DNA of 64,000 nt from the IMG/VR virus record IMGVR_UViG_3300020048_002944; one strand, given 5' to 3'. Origin of the DNA: a virus. Its lineage: Duplodnaviria > Caudoviricetes. Positions 21,324 to 30,994 of this stretch are shown one piece after another. Position 1 is the stretch's first letter, and each line of letters begins with the position of its first letter. Under the pieces are notes generated by a model. The model was not told where the DNA came from. It searched no databases and saw nothing but the letters and a program-made list of their open reading frames with translations. The translations under genes and the position numbers were made by a program.

Positions 21324-21719
21324 ATGGTATTTATTGAAGAGTTGAGAGAAGTAACAGCTAAGAAAAAAGAAGAAACGATCCAAGTAGAAGATAGAAAAAG
21401 AGAGGAGCGAGACTCAACCATTAAAGCATTCAAAGAGATGTTGATGAGGGAAGATTTGTTATTGGATTATATGAATTCGCTTCGCACATCGGCTTCGTAT
21501 GGGTTATATTCCTCAGAAGAATTATTTCTATTCGAGGAATTCTGTACGCGAAACAGTAGCAGCATAACCGAGGATCAGGTTATAAAATATAAAGATCTAT
21601 TAAAAGACGAATATATCCGTGCTTTAATAAGCAATCTTATTAAAGCAAGTTTCAAGGTTGACGTAAAAGGTGACTACATGATTATATCATGGGCACCTGA
21701 AGGAGCGAACAATGAATAG
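21324..21719 (+). CDS. hypothetical protein
   Basis: GGGAG RBS; overlaps next start. Confidence 0.75.
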   Translation: MVFIEELREVTAKKKEETIQVEDRKREERDSTIKAFKEMLMREDLLLDYMNSLRTSASYGLYSSEELFLFEEFCTRNSSSITEDQVIKYKDLLKDEYIRALISNLIKASFKVDVKGDYMIISWAPEGANNE

Positions 21720-22632
21720 AGTTATCATAGTGTATCACAGAGCCGACTTTGACGGGTTGGCATCCGCTGCAATAGTTCACAAAAGATACAGCGGTAATGT
21801 AGACGTATCGTCGATTAAATTATGTGGGGTAAATTACAATTTAACCCATTCGTTAGATCACATACGCTTAACATCAGATGACATTGTTGTTATTGTCGAC
21901 TTTTCTTTCTCTAAAGAAAGAATGAACGACATAGCTCAACAAGTACAAAAATTAATATGGATTGATCACCATAGTACCGCTATTGACGAGATAGGTGAAG
22001 ACTCTTATCTCGGACTATCTAGAAAAGATACAGCAGCCTGTGTTTTAACATGGATGTATTTCTATAGAGATGTACCCGTACCGGAAAGTGTTAAATTGAT
22101 TGGTGAATATGATATCTTTAATACACATGGTGAAGAATGGGAAGACAAAGTATTACCCTTTCAATATGGGTTGCGAACAATGCGGGATAAATTAAATCAG
22201 GTGTGGGATCCCGCAGTAATCGGTAGATGGGATACACTATTTCATTCAACATTCGATATAAATACAATTATAGATAAGGGTAATATTATATTGGAGTATA
22301 ACGACAATTCATACCGGTCAATGTCATTGTTGATGTTTGATGGTGTATTGACTACTCCGTCCGGTAAAGTGCTAAGAGTTAAATGTTTAAATATACCTAT
22401 GAGTAACTCATTAGTATTTAAGCATGTTGAAAAAACTGGAACGGATGTATTCATAACATTCTCTATAACTCCAGACAGAACTAACGTTACGTTCTATAGT
22501 GACACTGTACATTGTGGACAAATAGCTAAAGAATATGGCGGAGGAGGACATGCAGGTGCAGCTGGATGTGCGTGTAAAAAGTTTAACATAACACAAGAAT
22601 CCGGTAATACCATCATATCATTGATTACATGA
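21712..22632 (+). CDS. DHH/DHHA1 family phosphoesterase
   Basis: YHRADFDG, IVDFS, WIDHH and GGGHAGAAG motifs. Confidence 0.93.
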   Translation: MNRVIIVYHRADFDGLASAAIVHKRYSGNVDVSSIKLCGVNYNLTHSLDHIRLTSDDIVVIVDFSFSKERMNDIAQQVQKLIWIDHHSTAIDEIGEDSYLGLSRKDTAACVLTWMYFYRDVPVPESVKLIGEYDIFNTHGEEWEDKVLPFQYGLRTMRDKLNQVWDPAVIGRWDTLFHSTFDINTIIDKGNIILEYNDNSYRSMSLLMFDGVLTTPSGKVLRVKCLNIPMSNSLVFKHVEKTGTDVFITFSITPDRTNVTFYSDTVHCGQIAKEYGGGGHAGAAGCACKKFNITQESGNTIISLIT

Positions 22633-22659
22633 GAGAGCCAAATCGGCTCTCTCTTTTTT
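22631..22659 (+). terminator. intrinsic terminator
   Basis: GAGAGAGCC-aaatc-GGCTCTCTC + T tract. Confidence 0.85.
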
Positions 22660-22690
22660 ATATTAACATATATGTTGGTATACTTACAAA

Positions 22691-22990
22691 TTATGTATTT
22701 ATAGTTATAGTCTTATCTATTTTATCATATATTGCATCGATACACAATAGTAAATTATCAAACATACTTAATTGACCTGTAATAACTGTCTTTCTATCAT
22801 CTATAACCGTTAATGGTCCAATTAATGTAGGTACGAGTTTATCATCCTTTAATAGCGCAAGTTCCTTTGCTTTTTTTTCTATAAGTAATGCTTTTAACTC
22901 AGCATTCAGAGTTACTTTTGAAGCTGTGAGTTGAGTTTTAAATAAATCTACTAATGTTTTAGCTGGATTTACGATTGTTGCTGATCCCAT
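22691..22990 (-). CDS. hypothetical protein
   Basis: 99-aa ORF, last gene of minus-strand operon. Confidence 0.7.
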   Translation of the reverse strand: MGSATIVNPAKTLVDLFKTQLTASKVTLNAELKALLIEKKAKELALLKDDKLVPTLIGPLTVIDDRKTVITGQLSMFDNLLLCIDAIYDKIDKTITINT

Positions 22991-22992
22991 AA

Positions 22993-23679
22993 TTATTCAC
23001 CATCCCCTAGTTCTGGTACATCCATCATATTCATTCTAGCCATTATACTAGTTAAATAATTAGTGACATCCGTAGTAAGTTTTTCGAAATCTATTGTCTG
23101 TGCGGCAGCTATTAATGGCTCTATTCTATCCATAGATTTAACATTCTCTATTAGTGACATAGATAGATCATATGCTTTACGCAATCTCTCCAACTCACTC
23201 TCTCCCTCAACAGTCATATCTTCGAATGTAATGTCTGCAGATACATTACTATTTAATATTAAAGTTTTTACTTGATTTAAAACAGTATCCGCAGATGGAA
23301 TAATTCTCGAACCTGCTGTAGGGGTTGGTATTATTGTCATTCTGAATATTTTTCGTTTTACTATATATTCAGTTTTTTCATGATCTATAATATCATCCCA
23401 GAAAACTCTCGTGGTTCGTACAAAATTTTGTTCATTTAATAGATTTAGATCATCGCATATATAGAAGATCTTTTCTTGTTTATCTGTTTCTGTTAAGTTC
23501 TTGCTAAAATAAATAGCCTTCATATCAACGTTATCTTGCATTTTAGCAATATCATAATTCGCTAAGCTTATAATCTTTACATGATACACCATACCTTGTT
23601 TATCTACAAGTTTAATCATATCATATAAGTTATATTTTAACTTATCTACCTCTTCAGCTTGTTCGACTAATGTTCCCAT
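22993..23679 (-). CDS. hypothetical protein, possibly virion
   Basis: AGGAG RBS; operon with head-protein-like genes. Confidence 0.7.
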   Translation of the reverse strand: MGTLVEQAEEVDKLKYNLYDMIKLVDKQGMVYHVKIISLANYDIAKMQDNVDMKAIYFSKNLTETDKQEKIFYICDDLNLLNEQNFVRTTRVFWDDIIDHEKTEYIVKRKIFRMTIIPTPTAGSRIIPSADTVLNQVKTLILNSNVSADITFEDMTVEGESELERLRKAYDLSMSLIENVKSMDRIEPLIAAAQTIDFEKLTTDVTNYLTSIMARMNMMDVPELGDGE

Positions 23680-23687
23680 TATTCATT

Positions 23688-23718
23688 CTCCTTTATATTT
23701 TATCTAACTCTGTTTTAA
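23688..23718. repeat. 31-bp direct repeat, copy 1
   Basis: CTCCTTTATATTTTATCTAACTCTGTTTTAA; 29/31 identical to 24829-24859. Confidence 0.85.
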
Positions 23719-24823
23719 TACCTATATATAATCGTTCATTACCATTATTAACGTCACTAACTAAAAAATCAAGCTTGTATTTTTCTACAATATCTTTGTA
23801 TTCTTTTTTAATATAGTTTATTACGCTATTGTAGAATTTATCATATGTTTCTATCATTTTTTTATACTGAGGGGAATCTTCTTCTTCTGGATAATTATCT
23901 GAAGTAGGTATCAATTTCACCCAGAAATATCCACCCTGTCCAAAATCCCAATAACAATCATTCTCATGAAAATATTTATTATTATAATTGTTTTTTATAA
24001 ACCATGCTATTACTTCACCCATCATATTTTCGATATTTTTATAATATTCTTTTGATTCTTCGGACAATTCTGACTTTTTATCTACTTTCTTTTTTCGGAA
24101 GAAATCAAAAACTCCCTCTGATTGTAAATCATCTATCATTGGTTCTATACTATCTCGATCCAATATACTAGAAGTAGATGACCCCAAATATACGTTCAAT
24201 GGAATACCCGGATTAGCATGTCCATCACCTATCATATATTCACCGTTTAATATATACCAACTATGTTTATTTGTACATGTACGATGACCTATTTTACACC
24301 TACATCTAGCCACAGCAATACCATTACATATAGGACATACATCTGGATTAACCATGTTATGATCTGGTATAACTGCGGATGCTGTATCCTCTACTAATGG
24401 TATTCGATTGTTTTCTATTTTGAATATCATTTTCATTATTTTATTTTCACAATCAGGATCAAATGGACTAACTGCTTTATCATCAAGTATAACATCATAT
24501 AATGGTTTCATACTCATTTCTTGATAGTTATATTTTAATGTATTTATATCGTGGTATTTAACACCGTTTGTATTTAACCATTGTCTTAATTCTGGCGAAT
24601 CTTTCCTACATGTGAATATATGAATTATAACTCCAGAATCATACATCTTGTTTACTATGTTTATCATTTTCTGTATAGGTTTACCGAATACAGTAGGACC
24701 TTCCCACTTTTCAAATGTCGAAATTGTTTTATCGAAGTCTACTGCTAGGATTTTTAAATCCTTTTTAATAGTATCTTCTACTGTGATCATATCTATCAGT
24801 CGATCTAATTTATTAGATATCAT
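23693..24823 (-). CDS. multidomain protein: HAD-superfamily phosphatase + Cys/His Zn-finger-like + unknown domain
   Basis: AVDFDKTI, FTCR and K..YDVILDDKA HAD motifs; CPIC...CRC.....C..KH.W. Confidence 0.8.
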   Translation of the reverse strand: MISNKLDRLIDMITVEDTIKKDLKILAVDFDKTISTFEKWEGPTVFGKPIQKMINIVNKMYDSGVIIHIFTCRKDSPELRQWLNTNGVKYHDINTLKYNYQEMSMKPLYDVILDDKAVSPFDPDCENKIMKMIFKIENNRIPLVEDTASAVIPDHNMVNPDVCPICNGIAVARCRCKIGHRTCTNKHSWYILNGEYMIGDGHANPGIPLNVYLGSSTSSILDRDSIEPMIDDLQSEGVFDFFRKKKVDKKSELSEESKEYYKNIENMMGEVIAWFIKNNYNNKYFHENDCYWDFGQGGYFWVKLIPTSDNYPEEEDSPQYKKMIETYDKFYNSVINYIKKEYKDIVEKYKLDFLVSDVNNGNERLYIGIKTELDKI

Positions 24824-24828
24824 AATTA

Positions 24829-24859
24829 CTCCTTTATAGTTTATCTAATTCTGTTTTAA
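24829..24859. repeat. 31-bp direct repeat, copy 2
   Basis: CTCCTTTATAGTTTATCTAATTCTGTTTTAA. Confidence 0.85.
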
Positions 24860-24869
24860 CTTCATCTTT

Positions 24870-25844
24870 TCAGTTTACTGTTATAGTGTTGAAATCTTTT
24901 ATAATTTTCATAAGATAGTTATATTTTTGAACTGTTAAGTTGTACAGATGTACTGAAAATTTTACTCCTTTAACTGCCATAAATATAACCTTTTCGCCTT
25001 TTTTCATAACATCGTAATCTTTATCCGTAATTTTTAAACTACCAAATACTCGATTAATCGCGTCTATACTTTTTTCCAGTTGTTCGAGATATTTTGGCAT
25101 CATATCATATTCTTTTAAAATCGGTAATATATATTCTTTTTCTACTTTATTGAAATCTACCTCGTTACCCAGATCGTACTCTTCCTCACCATCGAAAAAA
25201 TCTTCAAAATGTACACCTAAATCTTTTTTGTTTTCTTCAAAATCTGCTTCCATTTTTTTAAATGTTTCGTCAGGAACAAACCCAGCCATCATCTTTGTGC
25301 CCATTTTAATAAGTTCTGCGTATTTTTCAATTCCTTTCGCACTTTCCTTCATATCATCTATATGCTTCTGGTTTTTTGTTACATCTTGTATAAACGCATT
25401 GAAATCTTTGAATTTTTTAATTCTTATTATTTTAGTCTTGGTTGGTTGATTATCGTCGTTTATCGGGGTAACATTTGATGTTAATTCATCTTTTACTTTG
25501 GCCATATCGGTTCTTTTTACTTTTTCTATGATATTTTTATCTTCGGTTTGTCTTTTCTTTCTAAATATTTTAGTAATAAAATCCCATACTTTTTTTAACA
25601 TCTCTTTAGCTTTCTCCCATAACCATTGAACGCCTTCTTTAATCTTATCTACTAATCCTTCCATAGTAATACCATTATTCTCCATACTAGTTAATAAGTC
25701 TAATACATTATTACTATTCTCTAATTCTAACATACTATCGTGTATATCATTTAATACATCTTCATAAGATACTTCTTCTATATTATTATCTTCACAAGAT
25801 ATAATATTAAGAGCATCTTCTAGTGTAAAGTTATTGTAATCCAT
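24870..25844 (-). CDS. putative internal head protein, acidic-leader paralog family
   Basis: MDYNNFTLEDALNII...ITME/G leader followed by W/F-rich amphipathic helix. Confidence 0.65.
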   Translation of the reverse strand: MDYNNFTLEDALNIISCEDNNIEEVSYEDVLNDIHDSMLELENSNNVLDLLTSMENNGITMEGLVDKIKEGVQWLWEKAKEMLKKVWDFITKIFRKKRQTEDKNIIEKVKRTDMAKVKDELTSNVTPINDDNQPTKTKIIRIKKFKDFNAFIQDVTKNQKHIDDMKESAKGIEKYAELIKMGTKMMAGFVPDETFKKMEADFEENKKDLGVHFEDFFDGEEEYDLGNEVDFNKVEKEYILPILKEYDMMPKYLEQLEKSIDAINRVFGSLKITDKDYDVMKKGEKVIFMAVKGVKFSVHLYNLTVQKYNYLMKIIKDFNTITVN

Positions 25845-25864
25845 AATTAATCTCTCCTTAAATA

Positions 25865-25988
25865 ATCGAATTTACCCGACTTAATATTGGCTGCACATCT
25901 GAGAATATTCCCCACAACCAAATAAAATTTCTCTAATTACTCCTTAATCTGACACAAGTCAAGATACTATATCGTCAAAAGCATCTTG
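25865..25988 (-). promoter_or_regulatory. candidate structured 5' leader or small RNA
   Basis: Four hairpins; three contain G-U pairs that only work on the minus strand. Confidence 0.45.
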
Positions 25989-26046
25989 TATTTTAAAAAA
26001 TATAAAAAACGGTAATAACATTAATGTTCGAAATAACTTTTTCATT

Positions 26047-27207
26047 TTATTGCCCCTTAAAATTCTTAGCTATAAACAAAATAAGATAAATAAAGATAGT
26101 TTTCTTAAAATTTATCTTTGTTGCTTCTCTATTAGTTTTAGTATAAGCTTCACTATACTGTGAAAGCCATATGTTTAATAGTTCCTTCATTCTTAGTATA
26201 GTTGGATCCTTTGTATTGCTTATAGAAAAAGCATCTACGTTGAATTTATAGAATAATACTGTCTTAATAGTATTCACTTTATGGTTATTAGTGAGAAAGT
26301 ATTGTAATATGAGTGTTATCATTTCTTTTAATTTCTCTGTTTCGTTTTCTAATACACTTATTAAAGCATATTTTGAACTATTGAAACTTATTGCGGTCCG
26401 TTTAGTAGCTTCTCTAAGGATTCTTTCATCTAAAGATCCATTTTTCATATAAGAATATATCTTAGTTGCACCTGATGTTATAATAGTTGATATGTTTTCC
26501 ATATCTCTTAGTTTATCATCTTCGTGTTTTTCAGATTCTTCATTGAGATATCGCTTATGTAAGTTATTTTCTACATATTCTCTATATATGTTTTTAAGAA
26601 TACCTCTTACTTTAGTATTCATATTGGTTATATAATATACTATCTTACTATCCGCATGTGTAGATATAATATCTTTCATAATAAGTGTATCGTTACTAAC
26701 TGCTATATGTTTAACTACTTCATACATGTTTTTCATAGTTTTAATTATATACTTATTTGATAAGTTGTTAATAGTATATTCCATTATTCGTTCATTAGGT
26801 AAATAGTGGAATATAATTAAGTGGTTAGCACTATACATTTTTAAACAAAAGTATATCTTCGCCAATTCGGCAGCTTTAGTTGCATTTTCTTGCGAGTATA
26901 CAAGACATAACATAGTAAAAGCAACATGTATAGTATCATTCAATAATCTCCAAGCAGGATTGATACCTGGAGCTTTTGATATTCCTTCTAGTATTTGTTT
27001 TTCGGTTATACCTAGCGTATTAAATACTATTTCTCGGTCCTTCTTACCAAAATATACCCTCTTAGTCGGACCGACTACAAATAAGTTGGATGCGTTTTTA
27101 TCTATAAATTTAACTACTTCCCTTGAGAAGGTTTCTTTATTTTTTAAAGCGTTATCTTTTACCAATGGGTAAAAATAATCATATAACACAGTGGATTCTT
27201 GCTGCAT
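26047..27207 (-). CDS. alpha-helical hypothetical protein (late-type promoter)
   Basis: AGGAG RBS; AACA-N6-TA at 27232-27243. Confidence 0.75.
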   Translation of the reverse strand: MQQESTVLYDYFYPLVKDNALKNKETFSREVVKFIDKNASNLFVVGPTKRVYFGKKDREIVFNTLGITEKQILEGISKAPGINPAWRLLNDTIHVAFTMLCLVYSQENATKAAELAKIYFCLKMYSANHLIIFHYLPNERIMEYTINNLSNKYIIKTMKNMYEVVKHIAVSNDTLIMKDIISTHADSKIVYYITNMNTKVRGILKNIYREYVENNLHKRYLNEESEKHEDDKLRDMENISTIITSGATKIYSYMKNGSLDERILREATKRTAISFNSSKYALISVLENETEKLKEMITLILQYFLTNNHKVNTIKTVLFYKFNVDAFSISNTKDPTILRMKELLNIWLSQYSEAYTKTNREATKINFKKTIFIYLILFIAKNFKGQ

Positions 27208-27231
27208 ATGTAATTCTCCTTATAATTAATA

Positions 27232-27243
27232 TACTTTAATGTT
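27232..27243 (-). promoter_or_regulatory. late-type promoter AACA-N6-TA
   Basis: AACATTAAAGTA on minus strand. Confidence 0.65.
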
Positions 27244-27249
27244 TTTATT

Positions 27250-27265
27250 AAATATATATTATAAT
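27250..27265 (+). promoter_or_regulatory. early-type promoter motif
   Basis: AAATATATATTATAAT. Confidence 0.65.
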
Positions 27266-27294
27266 GATAGAGTAAAAAACAAAAGGAGAATTTT

Positions 27295-28371
27295 ATGACT
27301 TACAACGAATTCAATAAGGATCTCTCAACAAATGAGAAGATCCAGTTTATCCATTTTGGATTACAAACTGGAAAAGATTTAGCTGTTTCAGGGTTGACTA
27401 ATAGGTTGGATGCGAAAGCAAGAAAACTTATGGTTGAAGGTAAAAATCCTGAAGGAAAAGCGTTTCCGAACATAGCCGGTGCAATAGTATATGTTGACGA
27501 CCCGACAGATGAAGAAATCAAAGAAGCGATTCGTTCAATCCCTGAGTTGGGGGTGTATATGCACGACGCATTCGGAAATTTAGATTTTATGATAGAAACA
27601 CTATCAAAGAATCCGCATCTATATCACAACTTCAAAACTGAAGACATCCCGGAAAAAGCAACTAAGCTTATTCTCAAGACATCGGCGATCGACCTTGTAT
27701 TCTCAAGACTTCAACCGAATAATATTTACTCATTAGTTGAAGCCGAAACAGCCTTTACATGGTTCAGATTTCCAGACGCTGATCGGTTAAAGAGAATGTT
27801 CGAAGAAGATCCGTTTAGAGCAATGGATTACTACAACGTTCCGATGACCGATGCTCACAAGGAAGAAATAAAAGAAATTGTGCTGTCTGAGGAAGCTGCG
27901 GAACATATTCATGGTATTATGGCAAGAATATTGCTATATTCTGTGTATAAATTCGACATTAAATTTTCATCTGAAGAATGGATGAAAATTGTAAGCTTGT
28001 ACGGAATACAAGCACTGTCTATATTGTCAGTTAAAGAGCTAATGGAAATTGACCCAATGGATATTCCAATAGCACCTGAGACGTTCCAGATTCTTCCGAA
28101 TGTCTATTCAAATCAGACAAATTGTGAGGTATTGCGAACATGGCTTAATATAGTCATAAATAGATGGTTGAAATTCATGTTCCCGAAATGGTGTGACGGT
28201 GAAATAGCATCATTCGGAGATGCGGTGAGAGCATCTATACCAGAGGAACAAACAATGCCGTTAGATAGTGGTTCTGATGATATACGGGGAATCATTACAA
28301 AAGATGATTCGACAGATGATTCGACAGCTGGCGATCATTGTGCAACTGGAACATTTACTCCAGCCGGATAG
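27295..28371 (+). CDS. hypothetical early protein, possible helical (DUF4116-like) repeats
   Basis: AIVYVDDPTDEEIKEAIRSIP-type pattern; visibly higher GC than neighbours. Confidence 0.7.
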   Translation: MTYNEFNKDLSTNEKIQFIHFGLQTGKDLAVSGLTNRLDAKARKLMVEGKNPEGKAFPNIAGAIVYVDDPTDEEIKEAIRSIPELGVYMHDAFGNLDFMIETLSKNPHLYHNFKTEDIPEKATKLILKTSAIDLVFSRLQPNNIYSLVEAETAFTWFRFPDADRLKRMFEEDPFRAMDYYNVPMTDAHKEEIKEIVLSEEAAEHIHGIMARILLYSVYKFDIKFSSEEWMKIVSLYGIQALSILSVKELMEIDPMDIPIAPETFQILPNVYSNQTNCEVLRTWLNIVINRWLKFMFPKWCDGEIASFGDAVRASIPEEQTMPLDSGSDDIRGIITKDDSTDDSTAGDHCATGTFTPAG

Positions 28372-28391
28372 ACTCCTTTAGTATTTTATTC

Positions 28392-28427
28392 GACAAGGTG
28401 ATATTATTTCACCTTGTCACTTTTTTT
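28392..28427 (+). terminator. intrinsic terminator
   Basis: GACAAGGTGA...TCACCTTGTC + T7. Confidence 0.8.
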
Positions 28428-28440
28428 ACAAGGAGAATAT

Positions 28441-28665
28441 ATGACAGATGCTGTAACTAAGTTAGTATCTAAAATTGAATCACTGAAACTATCTCAAACT
28501 GATAAACAAAGTTTAGTTGATGGGGTTATCGATATGATAAGAGATTCTAAGAATCATTCTCTAATACGATTGGGTGAAGAGCTTAAATTTTTATCATTTT
28601 ATAGTGAGTGTAAAAAAGAACTAGTAGAGAAAGAGAGAACTAGAAAATTAAAAAGAAATAATTAA
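28441..28665 (+). CDS. small hypothetical protein (start reassigned to ATG 28441)
   Basis: AGGAG immediately upstream of ATG 28441. Confidence 0.7.
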   Translation: MTDAVTKLVSKIESLKLSQTDKQSLVDGVIDMIRDSKNHSLIRLGEELKFLSFYSECKKELVEKERTRKLKRNN

Positions 28666-28693
28666 GTAGAGGGAATATCCCTCTACTTTTTTT
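28664..28693. terminator. terminator between convergent genes
   Basis: AAGTAGAGGGA-ata-TCCCTCTACTT + T tract. Confidence 0.8.
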
Positions 28694-29846
28694 ATGCAAC
28701 TGCTCTATACATAGAGTAATAAGTACTGACTATTTTTGTTCTCATAGAAATCAACTTAGTAGTCTCGGAAATTCTTCGCCTCAGTTCAATTACTGTTTCG
28801 TGAATATATTTACCAGTTGCAGAGTTTATATTCTGATCTTTTAGTAAAGTGGAAAATTCTTTGTGTTGTTTTTTAAGAGTCTCTAATGTCTTATCCAAAT
28901 GAGAAGTATCGGCTATTTGTTCAATAGGTATACATAAAGCACCAATGACAAGATGTTTAGGTTTTATACTAAGCTTAGAAATAAATTCATAATCAGGATC
29001 GGACGGAGACACTCTAGTACCTGTATCTTCGTGTGTAGTCATACCACTAGAATTCCACAACATGTCCAATTCTTTGTTTATTTTTCTACTTTCTTCATCT
29101 AATTTCATATACTCTTGGGTTTGTTCCGGATTGTCTACAGTAGACCAAACCATCTGAAATTTTTTACTGTGTATTTCGTTTAATCTGCCGAGTAGCACGG
29201 TTCGTTTTTTATGATTATCTTGCATTGTTTTGAATGATTCATCGAAATTTTTAAAGTTGTCATCCATACTATTAAAAGCGCTCGCCATTTTTGTAGCTTT
29301 ATTGTATAACCCTGTCATGTTAGGAGCATTCTTTTCATTATCATCGACGATTTCGTAATTTTCTGAATTATCTTTTTCGTTCGATTTTGTAATTTTTTCT
29401 AAATTATTAAATAAACGATCATTATTAGATATGTTTTCGTTATATTTATCAACAGTTTCAGGACTCCAATCTTCCGGTACGTTCTTCTTAATATCTTCTG
29501 CTGCTTTAGTCATCTTTGGTTTAGACACTTTAGCCATAACAAATTTAAAGAATTTAATTATCTTCTCTGCTATCCATTTGATTATTCCTGATATAAAATC
29601 GAGAAATCCTGCTATTAGTTTCCTAATACCATCAGCTACAGCACCAACAACACCTTCAGTTGTTATATTTTCTAATTGTTTATATATAGAAGAACCCAAT
29701 TCCAGTGCATTTGATTGCTCCATGATTAATGATTCATTTTCATATATCTCATTGAGAGCTTCTTCATAATTTACATTCTCTAGTTCTTCGTGTGTTTCTA
29801 AAATAGATAGTACACTTTCTGCGTTAAAATCCATATAGTGATCCAT
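28692..29846 (-). CDS. putative internal head protein, acidic-leader paralog family
   Basis: MDHYMDFNAESVLSI...ITTE/G followed by amphipathic helix. Confidence 0.6.
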   Translation of the reverse strand: MDHYMDFNAESVLSILETHEELENVNYEEALNEIYENESLIMEQSNALELGSSIYKQLENITTEGVVGAVADGIRKLIAGFLDFISGIIKWIAEKIIKFFKFVMAKVSKPKMTKAAEDIKKNVPEDWSPETVDKYNENISNNDRLFNNLEKITKSNEKDNSENYEIVDDNEKNAPNMTGLYNKATKMASAFNSMDDNFKNFDESFKTMQDNHKKRTVLLGRLNEIHSKKFQMVWSTVDNPEQTQEYMKLDEESRKINKELDMLWNSSGMTTHEDTGTRVSPSDPDYEFISKLSIKPKHLVIGALCIPIEQIADTSHLDKTLETLKKQHKEFSTLLKDQNINSATGKYIHETVIELRRRISETTKLISMRTKIVSTYYSMYRAVA

Positions 29847-29886
29847 ATAAACTCCTTTTATTATATTTCTATTTATATAATGTTAT

Positions 29887-29902
29887 AAATATATATAATA
29901 AC
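29887..29902 (+). promoter_or_regulatory. early-type promoter motif (variant)
   Basis: AAATATATATAATAAC. Confidence 0.5.
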
Positions 29903-29927
29903 ATTACAATTAAGGAGGATATATAAT

Positions 29928-30989
29928 ATGTATACAGTAAATTTTATAGAGCAAATGTTTAACACAAGCAAATGTAAATATGAATTAATGGATAAACATT
30001 TCACAACTGATAAGAAATACAAAAAATCGTTTATACTAATAAACGTAAATGAAATAATTCACCCAATAACATCTCTTTTCTTAAAGGATTCACCGGAGTC
30101 ATTTGATCCGTTGTTAGTTGCTTCAAATATATTAAATATAGTTGGTCATTATAGACATTATTTTAATAAGAAGAAGATTTCCAATGATAGCTATGTATTT
30201 TTATACTATAGTGACGATATAATACCAGTACCACCAAACGACTCAGGTATTGAATTTGATCCGTTACAGTATAAACCGATAGAAAATTTATATTTAATCG
30301 ATAAGGAATTAAAGAATTCTATTAACTATGGATTAGGACTAGTTAAGCAAATATGCGCATTTATACCAGGTGTGTATTTTGTACATACTGGTAATTTAAA
30401 TCCTGCTGTGTTTCCTTATTACATACTCATGAATATATTACAAAAACACAAACAACAAGATTTCAATGCTCTACTAGTATCATCCAATCCAGTAGACTAT
30501 CAAGCAATACCACTAGTTCAAAATATCCATGTGTATAAGAGAGCCAACCAACATGGATTGATGACACAGAGTGAAATAATACCAGAGATATTCTTTAAAG
30601 GGTATATTGATTCTAATACTAATTGTGGATTTTCATACTATAAACACTTACTTGTATTACTTGGTTGTGATAGGTATAAGATACCTGCATTAGTAAGCGG
30701 AAAGAAAAATAAATATAATTTAATAAAGTCTATTATAGACCATCCTTTATTTGATGTTGATGATGTGGTGAATATGATATTACAGAAATATAATATTGAT
30801 AGGGAACTATATGATATGTGTTACAACTATGTATCTATGGACGCATCGTTTATAAAAAATAAAGGTACACTTGATAATGCTAAGTCACATTGGGCAGTTG
30901 ACTTAGTCGACTATGAATTAGAATCCATCAATGAGCAATACTTTAGAAAATATAAAGTATTTACCGATTGGTTGGTTCCGATAAAATAA
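29928..30989 (+). CDS. divergent 5'-3' exonuclease/FEN-like fold protein (possibly inactive)
   Basis: LLVSSNPVDYQ and LLGCDRYKIPA resemble FEN motifs SxDxDxxQ and LxGDxxDNIPG. Confidence 0.4.
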   Translation: MYTVNFIEQMFNTSKCKYELMDKHFTTDKKYKKSFILINVNEIIHPITSLFLKDSPESFDPLLVASNILNIVGHYRHYFNKKKISNDSYVFLYYSDDIIPVPPNDSGIEFDPLQYKPIENLYLIDKELKNSINYGLGLVKQICAFIPGVYFVHTGNLNPAVFPYYILMNILQKHKQQDFNALLVSSNPVDYQAIPLVQNIHVYKRANQHGLMTQSEIIPEIFFKGYIDSNTNCGFSYYKHLLVLLGCDRYKIPALVSGKKNKYNLIKSIIDHPLFDVDDVVNMILQKYNIDRELYDMCYNYVSMDASFIKNKGTLDNAKSHWAVDLVDYELESINEQYFRKYKVFTDWLVPIK

Positions 30990-30994
30990 AATAA

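Noticed and set aside
24834-24872. Genome-wide stop-codon reassignment (TGA or TAG recoding)
   Set aside because: TGA and TAG end many genes right before terminators or next starts (22632, 32699, 62158, 616, 48960), and long ORFs are intact in the standard code.
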